DNA of 64,000 nucleotides from an uncultured Methanosarcinaceae archaeon (GTDB taxonomy: Archaea; Halobacteriota; Methanosarcinia; Methanosarcinales; Methanosarcinaceae), in NCBI GenBank assembly GCA_963847185.1, contig CAWJYV010000005.1, forward strand, positions 61,216-125,215. The letters run 5' to 3'. The position numbers were made by a program, and so were the translations under genes. Shown here in pieces: positions 10,312-21,258 of the stretch. Below the pieces are notes generated by a model. It made no database searches. It worked only from the letters and a program-made list of their open reading frames with translations, and was not told the DNA's origin. Positions within the stretch are counted from its first letter, which is position 1. Each line of letters starts with the position of its first letter.

Positions 10312-11832
10312 ATGCAGTTGAAGCTGGAACATTTTAACATAAAAATAGGGCAGCACAAAGTGATGTTCAATGTTGCCGATGCGAAAGAAATGGGAGTTCA
10401 TCCGGGAGATAGGGTCCGCATCCGTGGGCGTGAAAGCATTTCTTCTATTGTTGACACAACTGATGACATGGTCCCTCCTGGCACTCTGGGGGTCTTTTCC
10501 GAGGTTTACGAACATTTCCAGGACTGGGAAAAGCCTGTCGAAGTTGTCCCCACACTCCGGTCAAAATCTGCACACGTTATCAAGAAAATAATGAATAAGA
10601 CCCCTGTTGTGCAGGATGATTTCAAATTACTTGTAAACGATATAGTGGAAGAAAACCTCAGTGACATTGAACTTTCGGCTTTTATAACATCTACTTATAT
10701 TCACGGGATGACTGATGACGAAGTTGAATGGTTGACAAGGGCTATGATTGAGACTGGAGACCAGATCGAATTTGATACTCATCCTATAATGGACAAGCAT
10801 TCCATTGGTGGCGTGCCGGGAAACAAAATCTCCCTTCTGGTGGTCCCTATTATTGCTGCAAACGGGCTTTTGATTCCAAAGACAAGTTCCAGGGCAATTA
10901 CAGGTGCAGGAGGTACTGCAGATCTTATGGAGGTACTCTGCCCTGTTGAATTTAGCTCTCAAGAAGTAAAAGAGATTACCGAAAAAGTTGGAGGTGCCCT
11001 TGTCTGGGGCGGAGCCACCAATATCGCGCCTGCGGATGATAAACTCATAAGGGTCGAATATCCTCTTTCCATTGATCCTTACTACCAGATGCTTGCCTCT
11101 ATTATGGCAAAAAAAGGTGCTGTTGGGGCTGATAATGTAGTAATGGATATACCTGTAGGACCAAGTACAAAGGTTCCGACTATTCAGGAAGGGCAGAAAC
11201 TGGCAAGAGACTTAATAAATCTCGGGCACAGGCTTGGAATGAATGTTGAATGCGCTATCACCTATGGTTCGTCTCCTATCGGAAGAAAGGTAGGTCCTGC
11301 TCTGGAAGTCAGAGAAGCCTTGAAGGTACTGGAAAACATGGAGGGTCCGAACAGCCTTATTGAAAAGAGTACAGCCCTTGCAGGCATCCTGCTCGAGATG
11401 GGGGGTGCAGCTCCAAGAGACCGGGGAAAAGAAATCGCGTTAGAAACTCTCAGGAGCGGGAAAGCCCTTGAAAAGATGAAGCAGATTATCGAAATCCAGG
11501 GAGGAGACCCGAAGATTACTTCAGATGACATTCATGTAGGACAATATACCGCAGATATCTTTGCTTCTGCAGATGGGTATGTTATCGAATTTGACAATAA
11601 ATGGATAATCGAAATCGCAAGGCTTGCAGGGGCTCCTAACGACAAAGGAGCTGGATTAGCTATCCATAAGAAAATGGGTGAACAGGTTAAAAAAGGAGAC
11701 TCGATTCTCACTATCTATGCTGAAAAAGAGTTTAAGCTTGAAAGCGCATTGACAACGGCCCAGAGAACAAATCCTATAGTAGTTGAAGGTATGCTTCTGA
11801 AAAGAATTCCTGGAGGTTACGGATTCCAGTAA
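10312..11832 (+). CDS. deoA: AMP phosphorylase (thymidine phosphorylase family, archaeal AMP salvage)
   Basis: DKHSIGGVPGNK, PKTSSRAITGAGGTAD and ASIMAKK motifs, plus the N-terminal extension typical of archaeal AMP phosphorylase. Confidence 0.93.
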   Translation: MQLKLEHFNIKIGQHKVMFNVADAKEMGVHPGDRVRIRGRESISSIVDTTDDMVPPGTLGVFSEVYEHFQDWEKPVEVVPTLRSKSAHVIKKIMNKTPVVQDDFKLLVNDIVEENLSDIELSAFITSTYIHGMTDDEVEWLTRAMIETGDQIEFDTHPIMDKHSIGGVPGNKISLLVVPIIAANGLLIPKTSSRAITGAGGTADLMEVLCPVEFSSQEVKEITEKVGGALVWGGATNIAPADDKLIRVEYPLSIDPYYQMLASIMAKKGAVGADNVVMDIPVGPSTKVPTIQEGQKLARDLINLGHRLGMNVECAITYGSSPIGRKVGPALEVREALKVLENMEGPNSLIEKSTALAGILLEMGGAAPRDRGKEIALETLRSGKALEKMKQIIEIQGGDPKITSDDIHVGQYTADIFASADGYVIEFDNKWIIEIARLAGAPNDKGAGLAIHKKMGEQVKKGDSILTIYAEKEFKLESALTTAQRTNPIVVEGMLLKRIPGGYGFQ

Positions 11833-12022
11833 TCTTTTCCTTTTTTTTCTTTTTTCGTATCCTCTTCAAATTAGATGTTTTTTCAATCACAGGAAAAAAT
11901 TAAAAGAAAGAAGAAAGAAGAAAAAAGGAAAAAGGAAATATAATGTCACTGTGCTTTGAATAGCTGAAACAGTTTTTATGTTTTTAAGGGTTAAACTTTT
12001 TTTCAGTCAATCTTCTTGAAAA

Positions 12023-12694
12023 TCAGCTTTTATCAACGAGTTTTGCTTCCAGGACCCTTAGAGACCCACTGTCTCCTTCCCATTCGACTTCACTTTTTAC
12101 AATTTCAATACGCTTCTTATAGAAGGGAGCATCAAGGACAAGAGTTTCGTATTCTCCGCCTTCTCCAGCCATGTGAACCATGTACCTGCGGTTCAAAGCC
12201 TTAAGATTTTCAATGGAGTTTACATTAATAGGGCGGCCAAGCCAGGACCTGTCAAGACCTTCAGCTGCAACCTTCACGATCCTAATGTCCATTACTTTTG
12301 CCATCTCATTGAGTAATTCTTCAGGGTCTCTATGCCAGAGAGGAGAATAGACTTTAAGTCCGAGGGAGTCACAGATCTTCTGTACTCTGCTTGCCTGATA
12401 CTGCGATTCAATAGCTCCTACGGATACCCCGTCTACATTCACTTTCTTCAGGGCGAGGGTCAGGTCATCAAGCTCCAGTTCCTTGATTCCACTGGACTGC
12501 TGCCGAATCAAAGGTATTTCACAGGCAGCAGAGATTAATTCTACCATGTGGAGATTGATGGAATGATACATGTAGGAATCATCCCTTGCGGGAATAATGT
12601 TGATGAGGTGGGTGACCTCATGCCCTTCTTCAAAGGCCTTGTTGATGGCAAAAATCGAGTCTTTACCACCTGAAATTAGCGCTGCGAGTTTCAT
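12023..12694 (-). CDS. dph6: Diphthine--ammonia ligase (PP-loop ATPase)
   Basis: SGGKDS PP-loop, DSYMYH, GAIESQYQ and GEGGEYET. Confidence 0.88.
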   Translation of the reverse strand: MKLAALISGGKDSIFAINKAFEEGHEVTHLINIIPARDDSYMYHSINLHMVELISAACEIPLIRQQSSGIKELELDDLTLALKKVNVDGVSVGAIESQYQASRVQKICDSLGLKVYSPLWHRDPEELLNEMAKVMDIRIVKVAAEGLDRSWLGRPINVNSIENLKALNRRYMVHMAGEGGEYETLVLDAPFYKKRIEIVKSEVEWEGDSGSLRVLEAKLVDKS

Positions 12695-12790
12695 TTTTAT
12701 CCCCTTATGTTTCAGTACTTTTTCGTACTTCCAGATTGTACTTCGTGGATCATTATGTAGGTTGTACTTCGTGGATCATTATGTAATAAT

Positions 12791-13732
12791 TTATGTATTT
12801 TTTGACTTTTCAGTTATTCTGGCATACCCAACCTCATTTTCCTCTTCCAGTTTTCCAAAGTTGGCTTCATAACGGGCTTTCATTTCATCCCAGCTGGGAA
12901 GGTTTGTCTGGCAGCCCCGAGTCTGCACTGCAAAGGAGGCGACTGTTGATCCTATTTTTCCGCATGTAGGAGTAGAGTAACCACGTGTAAGAGCCAGCAG
13001 AAAACCTGCCCTGTAAGCATCTCCTGCTCCTGTAGGATCTACGGCTTTGACAGAAACTACAGGAATTGCGAATTCTTCTTCACCTGCATATATCCTGCTG
13101 CCTTCAGAATCATACGTTACTACAATAGTACCAATCATGTCTCTGAGTTCGGAAAAGCTTTTTTCGGTCAGCTCCGAAACCCGCCTGATTTCATGCCGAT
13201 TAGCAAAGAGAATATCGGTGTGAGCAAGGATAATTTCAAGGTTTTCTTTAGAATATGTAACGAGATCCTGTCCAGGGTCGAAGGATACAAAACGTGCAAT
13301 TTGCGCTATCTTTGCATTGTAGATGCAATCTGCTGTCGCAAGATGAACAAAATCCGCAGGTTCAGGTTCTAATTCTTTGAATTTGGAAGAGGCACCCCAG
13401 TAAAAATAAGTTGTCTGGTTGCTTTCCGTATCCGTGAAAATAAAAGCCTTGGAAATTTTTCTGTCTTCAAGCCTGTAGAGACGGGAAAGGTCAACATGAG
13501 AGTCTGCAAGAAGTTTTTCATAACCGGAACTTGCAAAATCCGTACCTACGGGAGAAATTAGCTGACTTTTACCTCCAAGCTTTGCGATAGCAACTGCAAT
13601 GTTGGCAGCCCCTCCACCCGGATATTCTTCATAATCAATAACAGGGGAAGATTCGTTTTTTCCTGCTATATTTTCAACATCTACAATATAATCAAGGGCG
13701 GTATGCCCTACAATGGAAATTACTCTGTCCAT
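12791..13732 (-). CDS. PfkB-family carbohydrate/nucleoside kinase
   Basis: PGGGAANIA, FDPGQ and the PfkB signature DPTGAGDAYRAG. Confidence 0.92.
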   Translation of the reverse strand: MDRVISIVGHTALDYIVDVENIAGKNESSPVIDYEEYPGGGAANIAVAIAKLGGKSQLISPVGTDFASSGYEKLLADSHVDLSRLYRLEDRKISKAFIFTDTESNQTTYFYWGASSKFKELEPEPADFVHLATADCIYNAKIAQIARFVSFDPGQDLVTYSKENLEIILAHTDILFANRHEIRRVSELTEKSFSELRDMIGTIVVTYDSEGSRIYAGEEEFAIPVVSVKAVDPTGAGDAYRAGFLLALTRGYSTPTCGKIGSTVASFAVQTRGCQTNLPSWDEMKARYEANFGKLEEENEVGYARITEKSKNT

Positions 13733-13973
13733 GTAGTATCCTCTTTGTTCGTGAGTTTTGAAGGAGCCCTAAGTTTCCCGGGTTGATAAACTCAGATAAA
13801 AATCGCCAGAAAGATAGAATAAATTCTTTCACTTGCTTCCGTCAATGAAAGACACTTTTTTGTCAGATTTATAGCTTTCCAAGTCCTGCCAGATTAAAAT
13901 AACACGCATAACTGGACTTAACTTGCTGTATCCCCTTACCAGGATCTTTAACAAATTTTGATGATTTTCCTGC

Positions 13974-14363
13974 TCATTTAGTTACTTTGCTCTTCTGCTG
14001 CTTCTCGCTCTTCTCGGCTGACCGCTCAAATTCGGTCACCTCAACAACTGTCAAAGGAACATCTCTGAGAGATTTACCGATTACCGATTTTGCTATTCTT
14101 TCTGCGTGTTCCGCAGACTCGGCATCAAAAACCTTCATCTCAAAGATGAGACCAACAAGAGCAGTGTTTGCTGCTATGAAAACGCTGCTGAAAGGCTCAC
14201 CACACGCCGGGCAGGAAGTCGTTCCCACGTCTACCTCTACAAAGTCCAGTTTAGGGTTCAAGCGCTTTCCAGCCTCAGAAATCGCTACCCCAATTGCGTC
14301 GTCGGCTGTTTTTACATCTCTAACCAACCAAGCTGCTTCAAGTACCACATGAAAGTTCTTCAT
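13974..14363 (-). CDS. UPF0212/DUF555 family protein
   Basis: [29 protein letters not shown] and CPACGEP; start placed at MKNFHV. Confidence 0.85.
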   Translation of the reverse strand: MKNFHVVLEAAWLVRDVKTADDAIGVAISEAGKRLNPKLDFVEVDVGTTSCPACGEPFSSVFIAANTALVGLIFEMKVFDAESAEHAERIAKSVIGKSLRDVPLTVVEVTEFERSAEKSEKQQKSKVTK

Positions 14364-14703
14364 TATTATCCAACCGTAATTATTCAATTATATAATTTTT
14401 AAAAGATATTTCCAGACAAGGAAAAAATTATTACAGAACCTAAGGAATAGAATAAAGCATATAAATTGTTTCTGCTTCAAGTCATGTCTAAAATCATGTT
14501 TATAGTCTTTACCTTTATATGGCTTTTCAGTTAAAGCTTTAATTTATTTCCACACTTTTTAACCTTTCAATTTAAGAATCCATTATCTTCTTTTTATATC
14601 CCGGCATTAACATTTTGCACCGAGATTTAACATTTTTCGGAGGAAATACTATCAGGGTTGAGTTAACTTCAGATTTCTTCCTTTTAACTTTCATTTTCTT
14701 CAT

Positions 14704-14994
14704 TTAGATGGTAAATAGAGTTTCGTCATCAACTGCAAAAACCCCGAGTTTTGCTCCGGCATCAAGCCAGGCATGCCCATAACTAAAAGAGGCTAGGGCA
14801 TTTACAGGGTCTCCATTTTCCAGAAAATAGATGCCATCTTTGTAATACGCTTCAGCCATTGTATAATAATCTCTTGCAACCGCATACATGTGGGATTCAG
14901 GAATAGGGGCAAATTTTGCTTTATCGAGAGCTCTTTTTAGCATATCTTCATATCGCTTTACCTTTTCACTTAAATCAGCAGGCATTTTGATCAC
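14704..14994 (-). CDS. DUF357 family protein
   Basis: AEAYYKDG..F...GDPVNALASFSYGHAWLDAG; sits in its usual position next to dph5. Confidence 0.88.
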   Translation of the reverse strand: MIKMPADLSEKVKRYEDMLKRALDKAKFAPIPESHMYAVARDYYTMAEAYYKDGIYFLENGDPVNALASFSYGHAWLDAGAKLGVFAVDDETLFTI

Positions 14995-15027
14995 CAGGAA
15001 GTTTGTTTGGCAACTTGTTCTTTTGGA

Positions 15028-15828
15028 TTATTCTGCCCCTTCCATAAGCCCTATTGGGCCTCCTGCAAGTTTCACAAGAGCTTCAGCTTCAAGAAAGTGC
15101 AATTTTCCAGGAATTACAAGGATGTGAAGAGGTTTTCCGAAATCGAAATCTTTTAGATATTCTGCATAATCAGCTTTTACGACCGGTTTTTCCGAGCCGG
15201 CTCTGGCTATCCCAACTGCAGCAGTACCATGTATAAGATTCTCCCCTCTTTTTTCTTCAACTTCCAGGAGAAGTTCAAGTGCAGTGTTAACGGTCATATA
15301 ACCTTTATCTTTATCAATATCCAGAAAGACAAGAGTATGCAAGCCCGTTTCGGTATTTTGCTTTATAATGTCATAAGGGGTTTCAGAGATAACCCTTGTG
15401 CCTCGTCGGCTTTCATATGGGTGAGGAATACTTGCGGATTTTCCGAAGCGATAGTTTTGCAGCCCTGTTAGCCCTGAAACAGCTGAAGCGATAGAAGCTC
15501 CATGAATAAGGTATGTCTCTATTCCTAATTTTTCAGCTCTCAAGCGCAGGTCTACATGAGTTGTGGAAACCATTGTATCTCCACCAGTAAGGAAAGATAC
15601 TTTCTTATCTTTTGCTTCGACCAACCAATCAGGTTGCTGTTCCACGTCTTCTCTTGAGAGCAATCTGACCTTTTTTCCGTAAAGCTTCTCCATTTTTTCA
15701 AGGTTAGTGCCCATGAGACAGGATGTATAAAACTCCGCATAAACCAGATCCGATTCTCTTATAGCTTCAAGTCCCTTTAGAGAAATGTCATATTCGTCAA
15801 AAAGGCCCAGCCCTATAAATGTGAGCAT
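15028..15828 (-). CDS. dph5: Diphthine synthase
   Basis: MLTFIGLGL, EFYTS, GDTMVSTTH, GLQNYRFG and GLHTLVFLDI. Confidence 0.96.
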   Translation of the reverse strand: MLTFIGLGLFDEYDISLKGLEAIRESDLVYAEFYTSCLMGTNLEKMEKLYGKKVRLLSREDVEQQPDWLVEAKDKKVSFLTGGDTMVSTTHVDLRLRAEKLGIETYLIHGASIASAVSGLTGLQNYRFGKSASIPHPYESRRGTRVISETPYDIIKQNTETGLHTLVFLDIDKDKGYMTVNTALELLLEVEEKRGENLIHGTAAVGIARAGSEKPVVKADYAEYLKDFDFGKPLHILVIPGKLHFLEAEALVKLAGGPIGLMEGAE

Positions 15829-15991
15829 ATCCCGCTTTAGGGGCTTATTACCTTAAAACTTTTTGTCTCAAACCTGTTCAAAACCGTACTGGAGTTTTCA
15901 TTTCCAAATATATGGATACTTTAACTTATTTATATCTATAAATTAATAATACGAATTGATTTAAGCCTGCAGTTTTTAGAGGTGTTTCACT

Positions 15992-16234
15992 ATGGTTAAA
16001 GTTACACTTGTTCACGCCAGCTGGTGCACTGCCTGTCCAGCAGCTCGCAGATTGTGGAATGATCTGAAATCCGAGTATGATTTTGAGTATGAGGAAGTTA
16101 ATGTGGAAACCCCCGAAGGTCAGGCACTGATAGATAAATATGGTATCGTTGGTGTCCCTACAACCATTATTGATGGAGAAGTAGCTTTTACGGGTCTTCC
16201 GAAAAAAGCCGGTGCTATTGCCCGCATTAGCTGA
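15992..16234 (+). CDS. Thioredoxin/glutaredoxin-like protein (WCTAC)
   Basis: CxxC motif and GVPT cis-Pro; directly upstream of thioredoxin reductase. Confidence 0.9.
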   Translation: MVKVTLVHASWCTACPAARRLWNDLKSEYDFEYEEVNVETPEGQALIDKYGIVGVPTTIIDGEVAFTGLPKKAGAIARIS

Positions 16235-16288
16235 ACCTGCTCTCAAATTTTTATTTTTCGAAATCATTTTCTGGATTTAGGAGATAGT

Positions 16289-17218
16289 ATGTACGACCTG
16301 ATAATCATAGGTGGAGGGCCTGCGGGGCTCACAGCCGGCATTTATGCCGTGCGGTCTGGACTTGAAACCCTAATTCTTGAGAGAAGCGAAATTAGCGGCC
16401 AGATCGCACTTGCAGATATAGTGGAAAATTACCCTGGCTTCCCTTCTATCTCAGGGCTTGAATTAATGGAAAAATACAGAAGCCATGCTCAGGAAGCAGG
16501 AGTCAAAACCAAGATAACAGATGTCCTCTCTGTTCGCTCTGAAGGGGAAAAGAAAATAGTCTCCACGGATAGTGGAGATCTTGAGGCAAAAGCTGTCATA
16601 ATTGCTACAGGCGCAAATCCAAAACGTCTTAACGTGCCAGGAGAAACAGACTTAATCAGTAAAGGAGTCTCCTACTGCGCCCTTTGCGACGGACCTTTTT
16701 TTAGAAATAAAAACGTAGTAGTAGTCGGGGGCGGCAATTCGGCAGTTACGGATGCTCTATTTCTTTCAAAAACTGCACGGAAGGTTTATCTCGTCCACAG
16801 AAGAGACCGATTGAGAGCTGCAAAAGTCCTCCAGGATAGAGCTTTTACAACTTCCAATATTGAGTTTATTCTTAATGCCTTTGTTCAGGAAATTGTCGGG
16901 AGTAGCGGAGGAGTTAAAAAGGTCGAAAAAATAATTTATAAAGATGTTAAAAGTGGAGAAAATCGCGAACTGGTTGTAGATGGTGTTTTCATTTATGTTG
17001 GTATCCATCCAAACACTGAGATTGTTAATGTAGAAAAGGATGGGGAAGGCTTTATCAAAACTGACAGCTCGCTTGAAACATCGGAGAGAGGCATCTATGC
17101 CGCCGGTGACTGCCGCGACACACCTATATGGCAGCTTGTGGCAGCAGTTAGAGATGGAGCACTCGCAGCTACCGCTGCAAATGAATACATAGAAAGCCTC
17201 AAAGAGCAAGCTGCGTGA
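16289..17218 (+). CDS. trxB: NADPH-dependent thioredoxin reductase
   Basis: GGGPAG FAD motif, GVSYCALCDG, GGGNSA, VHRRD and YAAGD. Confidence 0.95.
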   Translation: MYDLIIIGGGPAGLTAGIYAVRSGLETLILERSEISGQIALADIVENYPGFPSISGLELMEKYRSHAQEAGVKTKITDVLSVRSEGEKKIVSTDSGDLEAKAVIIATGANPKRLNVPGETDLISKGVSYCALCDGPFFRNKNVVVVGGGNSAVTDALFLSKTARKVYLVHRRDRLRAAKVLQDRAFTTSNIEFILNAFVQEIVGSSGGVKKVEKIIYKDVKSGENRELVVDGVFIYVGIHPNTEIVNVEKDGEGFIKTDSSLETSERGIYAAGDCRDTPIWQLVAAVRDGALAATAANEYIESLKEQAA

Positions 17219-17335
17219 AAGCTTGTGAACAACTTTTCTTGAATTTATCTTTAAGCCCAGCTAATCATAGAAAGAAGGAACAGTAATTCTGTTCCAATCT
17301 TTAATCTCTACTTCTTACGCCTTTTAATTCCCGAA

Positions 17336-17626
17336 TTAATCTAACATCTGGTTGATTTTATTATAAAAATCTATTATTAACCTTGTTGCCTCGCTTTCCA
17401 TGTCCAGCTGGAAAGTTCGGATTTGTTTTCCCAGTGGCTTTTCTATGACAATGCCTGACTCTATCAGAGGTGTGATAACCCTTGATACACTGGAGTGAGA
17501 CAGGCCAGTTTCCTCAGCAATTCCAGAAAGGTAAGTTGACTCATTCTGGTGTTCGATCAAATTCTTAAGCACCGTCATCTGCGCGGTTTTTCCAAAGATT
17601 TTTTCCATTGGATCCATAGATATCAT
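17336..17626 (-). CDS. Winged-helix (ArsR-like) transcriptional regulator
   Basis: HTH YLSGIAEETGLSHSSVSRVI; GAGGTG SD; close paralog at 48814-49104. Confidence 0.85.
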   Translation of the reverse strand: MISMDPMEKIFGKTAQMTVLKNLIEHQNESTYLSGIAEETGLSHSSVSRVITPLIESGIVIEKPLGKQIRTFQLDMESEATRLIIDFYNKINQMLD

Positions 17627-17860
17627 CTCAGAGGTGGCTGTTCTCCGGAAGTGATTTTTATTTCCAATATTAACTTGCTATTTACGGTTATAAACTTATC
17701 TCCTTATTACAAAGGCCAGGCGATCCATACAAAATCTTCGGAACTTTTGGGGAATTCTTTTCTATCCATACAGTGATTATTTTTATATAGAGTTTCGGAA
17801 CAAATATTTTAGAAATGTTTAATACCTAAGAAAATCTATACTTTATTGAGGTGGAGGGTA

Positions 17861-18397
17861 ATGTACGAAAAAAATCTTGATCATGAAATTTTGAAACTGA
17901 TTGAAGGACATCCTGAGATAAGTGAAAAGGATATCGCCCATAATCTTTCGGTTCCAGAAGAACTTGTAAAGACACGTATTGCAAATTTAAACGATACAAG
18001 AGAGAAAATCCTGATTATGGGAAATGGGCGGAGTTTTCATGAAAAGCTCAAGATGGAACTTGAATCTGAAAATTATAGTGTAGTCAAAGCCCCAGGTAGT
18101 TATTCTATCCTTGAGGCGGTAAAAAACGAGAAACCTGACCTTATCCTGGTTGATACCGGGCTTGCTGATATATACGGTTTTGAGATATGCAAACAGCTTA
18201 AGGCAAGTTTCAGGTACTGGTGGATACCAGTAATGATACTGAGTGAAAAAGGTGGAGATAGAAACAGAATTGAAGCTTTTGAGTCAGGAGCTGACGATTA
18301 TCTTGCTATGCCTCTTAATTCCCCAGAACTGAAAGCCAGAGTGAGGATGATATTAAGACGTAATAGAACCTTATCTGAGGGTAAAAGCGGCAACTAA
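17861..18397 (+). CDS. HTH-receiver fusion response regulator (atypical receiver)
   Basis: N-terminal AsnC-like HTH (ISEKDIAHNLSV), then receiver motifs PDLILVD, GFEICKQLK and GADDYL. Confidence 0.82.
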   Translation: MYEKNLDHEILKLIEGHPEISEKDIAHNLSVPEELVKTRIANLNDTREKILIMGNGRSFHEKLKMELESENYSVVKAPGSYSILEAVKNEKPDLILVDTGLADIYGFEICKQLKASFRYWWIPVMILSEKGGDRNRIEAFESGADDYLAMPLNSPELKARVRMILRRNRTLSEGKSGN

Positions 18398-19138
18398 TTG
18401 GAAAAAATTCCTTTATCTTGTTTTATATTTAAGAAAAGGTTGCTCTAGAGTCTAAAACTTATTAGAGCATCCATCTAAAATTTTTTTCCTTGGTTTTCGC
18501 AAATATTGTAATGAATACGTTACAGATATTTCTCTAGTTTCTTTATAAATTCTCTCAACTATCTAAATTAATTTGCATATTTACTCGAATTTTTATAGTT
18601 AACAGTTTTATTTTATTTATATTTAGCTTTAGGATCTATTTTTTCAATTTCCTGGTGAAAGGAATCTTCTTGATTGAAAAGCTTTCACAAATCAGGAAAA
18701 ATCCCTGGTTATCCACATTAAAAGGAAACGCTGGAATTCAGAAAAGCCTTGAGAATTTGTTTCACTTTTTCTGAAAAAGAGTTTGAGGACTTGCTTGATT
18801 CTTGAAGCCAAAATCTATCAGGATAAGATGGTGAATAAAAGAAGGAATAAAGAGAAGAGGAATAAAGAGAAGAAATCCGAGTCCAGTATTCACATAATTT
18901 TTTATTGGTTATTTGAAAAAAGAATAAAATAATTCTTCTAATTAAAATACAGACCCTGTTTTAAAAATCATTATTATTAAAATAATATTGTATATAAATA
19001 TTTCAAAATCTTTAAAAAAGAATAAAACATAAATAACTATGCGTAACTGGATATCGAGCCTTATTTTTTATAAGGAACTAAATTACAAAACCGATTTAAT
19101 GTTTCTGAAAACATATATTACTTTGCTATAGGGTAGAT

Positions 19139-20066
19139 GTGGCAAACGAAGGAAAAACGAAATCAGAAAAAGGTGTGACAAGGGTTATGACTTCAAATGA
19201 ATGGTACAACAAAGGCGTTGCACTGCATGAACTTAAAAGGTTCGCAGAAGCTCTTGATGCTTATAATAAAGCTCTGGAAATAAGTCCCGACAATGCAAAA
19301 ATCCTGTTGAGCAAAGGGATGGTTCTGAAAAGCCTGCGAAGGTATGATGAAGCTCTTGATGCCTTTAACAGATCAATCGATATTAATCCTGCTGATGCAA
19401 GGACCTGGTGCTTCAAAGCTGAATTGCTTATGAACATTATGCAGTATGAGGAGGCTCTGGATGCTTTCTACAGGGCTATATCTCTTGCACCTGAGGATCC
19501 TGAAGTTTGGTATAGAAAAGGAGTAGCTCTCAGGGAAATGAGGGCATACGAAGATGCTATGGATGATTTTGAAAAGGCTATCCGTCTCTACGAAAAGAAA
19601 TATGATATCAGTTCTATGACCGCAAGCGAATGGTGCAAAAAGGGCATGAGTCTCTGTAAGATAAAGAGTTTTGAAGAAGCTCTTGATGCTTTTAACAGGG
19701 CGCTTGAGTTAAACCCCGGAAATGGAAAAGCCCTTTACAACAAAGGAGTAGTTCTTCGCTGGCTTGGAAATACTGAAGAAGCAAAATTGTATATTGAAAA
19801 AGCAGTAGAGGTTTTTGACAATAAGATAAAAGCAAATCCCGAGAATGCAAGGTTCTGGTACAATAAAGGAATTGCACTAAGAGATCTGGAGAAATACAAA
19901 GAGGCGCTTGAAGCTTTTGAAAAAGCTATTGAAATCAACCCGAGCTTCACAAAAGCCTGGATTGGAAAAGGAATTGTATATGACAGGAGTTAAAAAACAC
20001 CAGAAAGCAATGGAAGCCTACGAAAGGGCAGTCGATATAAACCCGATATATTCGGACCTTGCTTAA
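19139..20066 (+). CDS. TPR protein, frameshift near 19987
   Basis: TPR repeats (WYNKG..L..L.RY.EAL.AF). The shifted frame continues VKKHQKAMEAYERAVDINPIYSDLA* to 20066. Confidence 0.85.
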
Positions 20067-20188
20067 CAACCAATCAAAGTTTTACAGAGATCAGTCAAGA
20101 GCTGGAAAAAGCCGTTAGTTGAAAGTCTTTTGCGAGATTTTCAGATACAGCGGCCAAAATATCTTTCTTTTTATACAGGTCTTGCTTT

Positions 20189-20962
20189 TCAGTTCACATA
20201 ATTCCTGTTTTCAATCTTCTTAATATGCTCTAAATACATTCCAGCAGATCCTGAAAATTTGACGAGCCTGAAATCAAAGCACTGGTCTGTTTCTTCTTCA
20301 GGCCTCCAGTCTCCATAGGAAGCATATGCAGTTTTCAATCCAAGCTTGCGGGCGGGTGCTATATCTCTTCGAATGCTATCTCCTACTACCAGACTGTCTT
20401 CCGGTCTTATCTCGAGAGCCTGAAGGGCAAAAAGAAAATGTGCAGGATCTGGCTTCTTAGTGCCTGTCATATCTGCTGCAACAAGAAGATCAAAGAAATC
20501 CAGAAGTCCGACTCTGGTGAGCCTTGCAAGGGCATGGTGCCTGTCAGCATCCGTTATAATTACAAGCTTCAAATCCAGTTTCTTTCAGCTGACAAAGGGT
20601 ATCTTTAACCCCTGGATAGAGTTCAAATTTTGTAGTTTTTCCCTTTCATAGATCTCACAGCAATATCTGTAGCTCTGTACCGTGAAAAGTTTTCTTTCCT
20701 GCATGTAGTCTTTTATGTTTTCATAATCTTCAAACCCATAAGTCCCCCTGAGGAAATACTTGAAAAGTTCAGAAGGGGCTTCGGCATTGTCTCCTTTATC
20801 TCTGCCAATATAGGAGAGGATCTCCCTGCAAGCTACGAGTTTTACGGCTACGAAATCAAAAAGAGTATTATCCATATCAAAGAAATTGCTTTCAGATTTC
20901 CTGGGATATATTCGTTTCATATTAACCTGAATCTCATTCCTGTTTTTCTGAATATCTTCCAT
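20189..20962 (-). pseudogene. HAD-superfamily hydrolase, frameshifted (possible assembly error)
   Basis: FDMDNTL motif I in ORF 20585-20962; ITDA, KKPDP and VGDSIRRDI in ORF 20189-20572. Confidence 0.8.
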
Positions 20963-21258
20963 TTTTAGGCCTGTTTTTCCTGTATTTACCCGATTTACCG
21001 GGTTAAGCTTCCTTAGTCTGCAGAATTTTTTGGGTAGGAATTTATCACTGCTGATCTACTTTTCCAGGACTTTTCTGACTCTTTTGGGGAGAGGCTATAA
21101 AAGCAAAAGACAGATGTATAGATCATAAACGAACAATAGATTTAAGTAAATAACGAACGCGTAAAATTGAGATTGGCATAATCTATTAAAGTGAATATAT
21201 AAAATGAAAATGTAAAAAGATAATATGAGAAAATAAAGGAAGAATAGGAAATTTTGAT

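Noticed and set aside
8437-12786. Short tandem duplications at ~8438-8482 and ~12736-12785
   Set aside because: These are two-copy local slippage duplications with no further structure.
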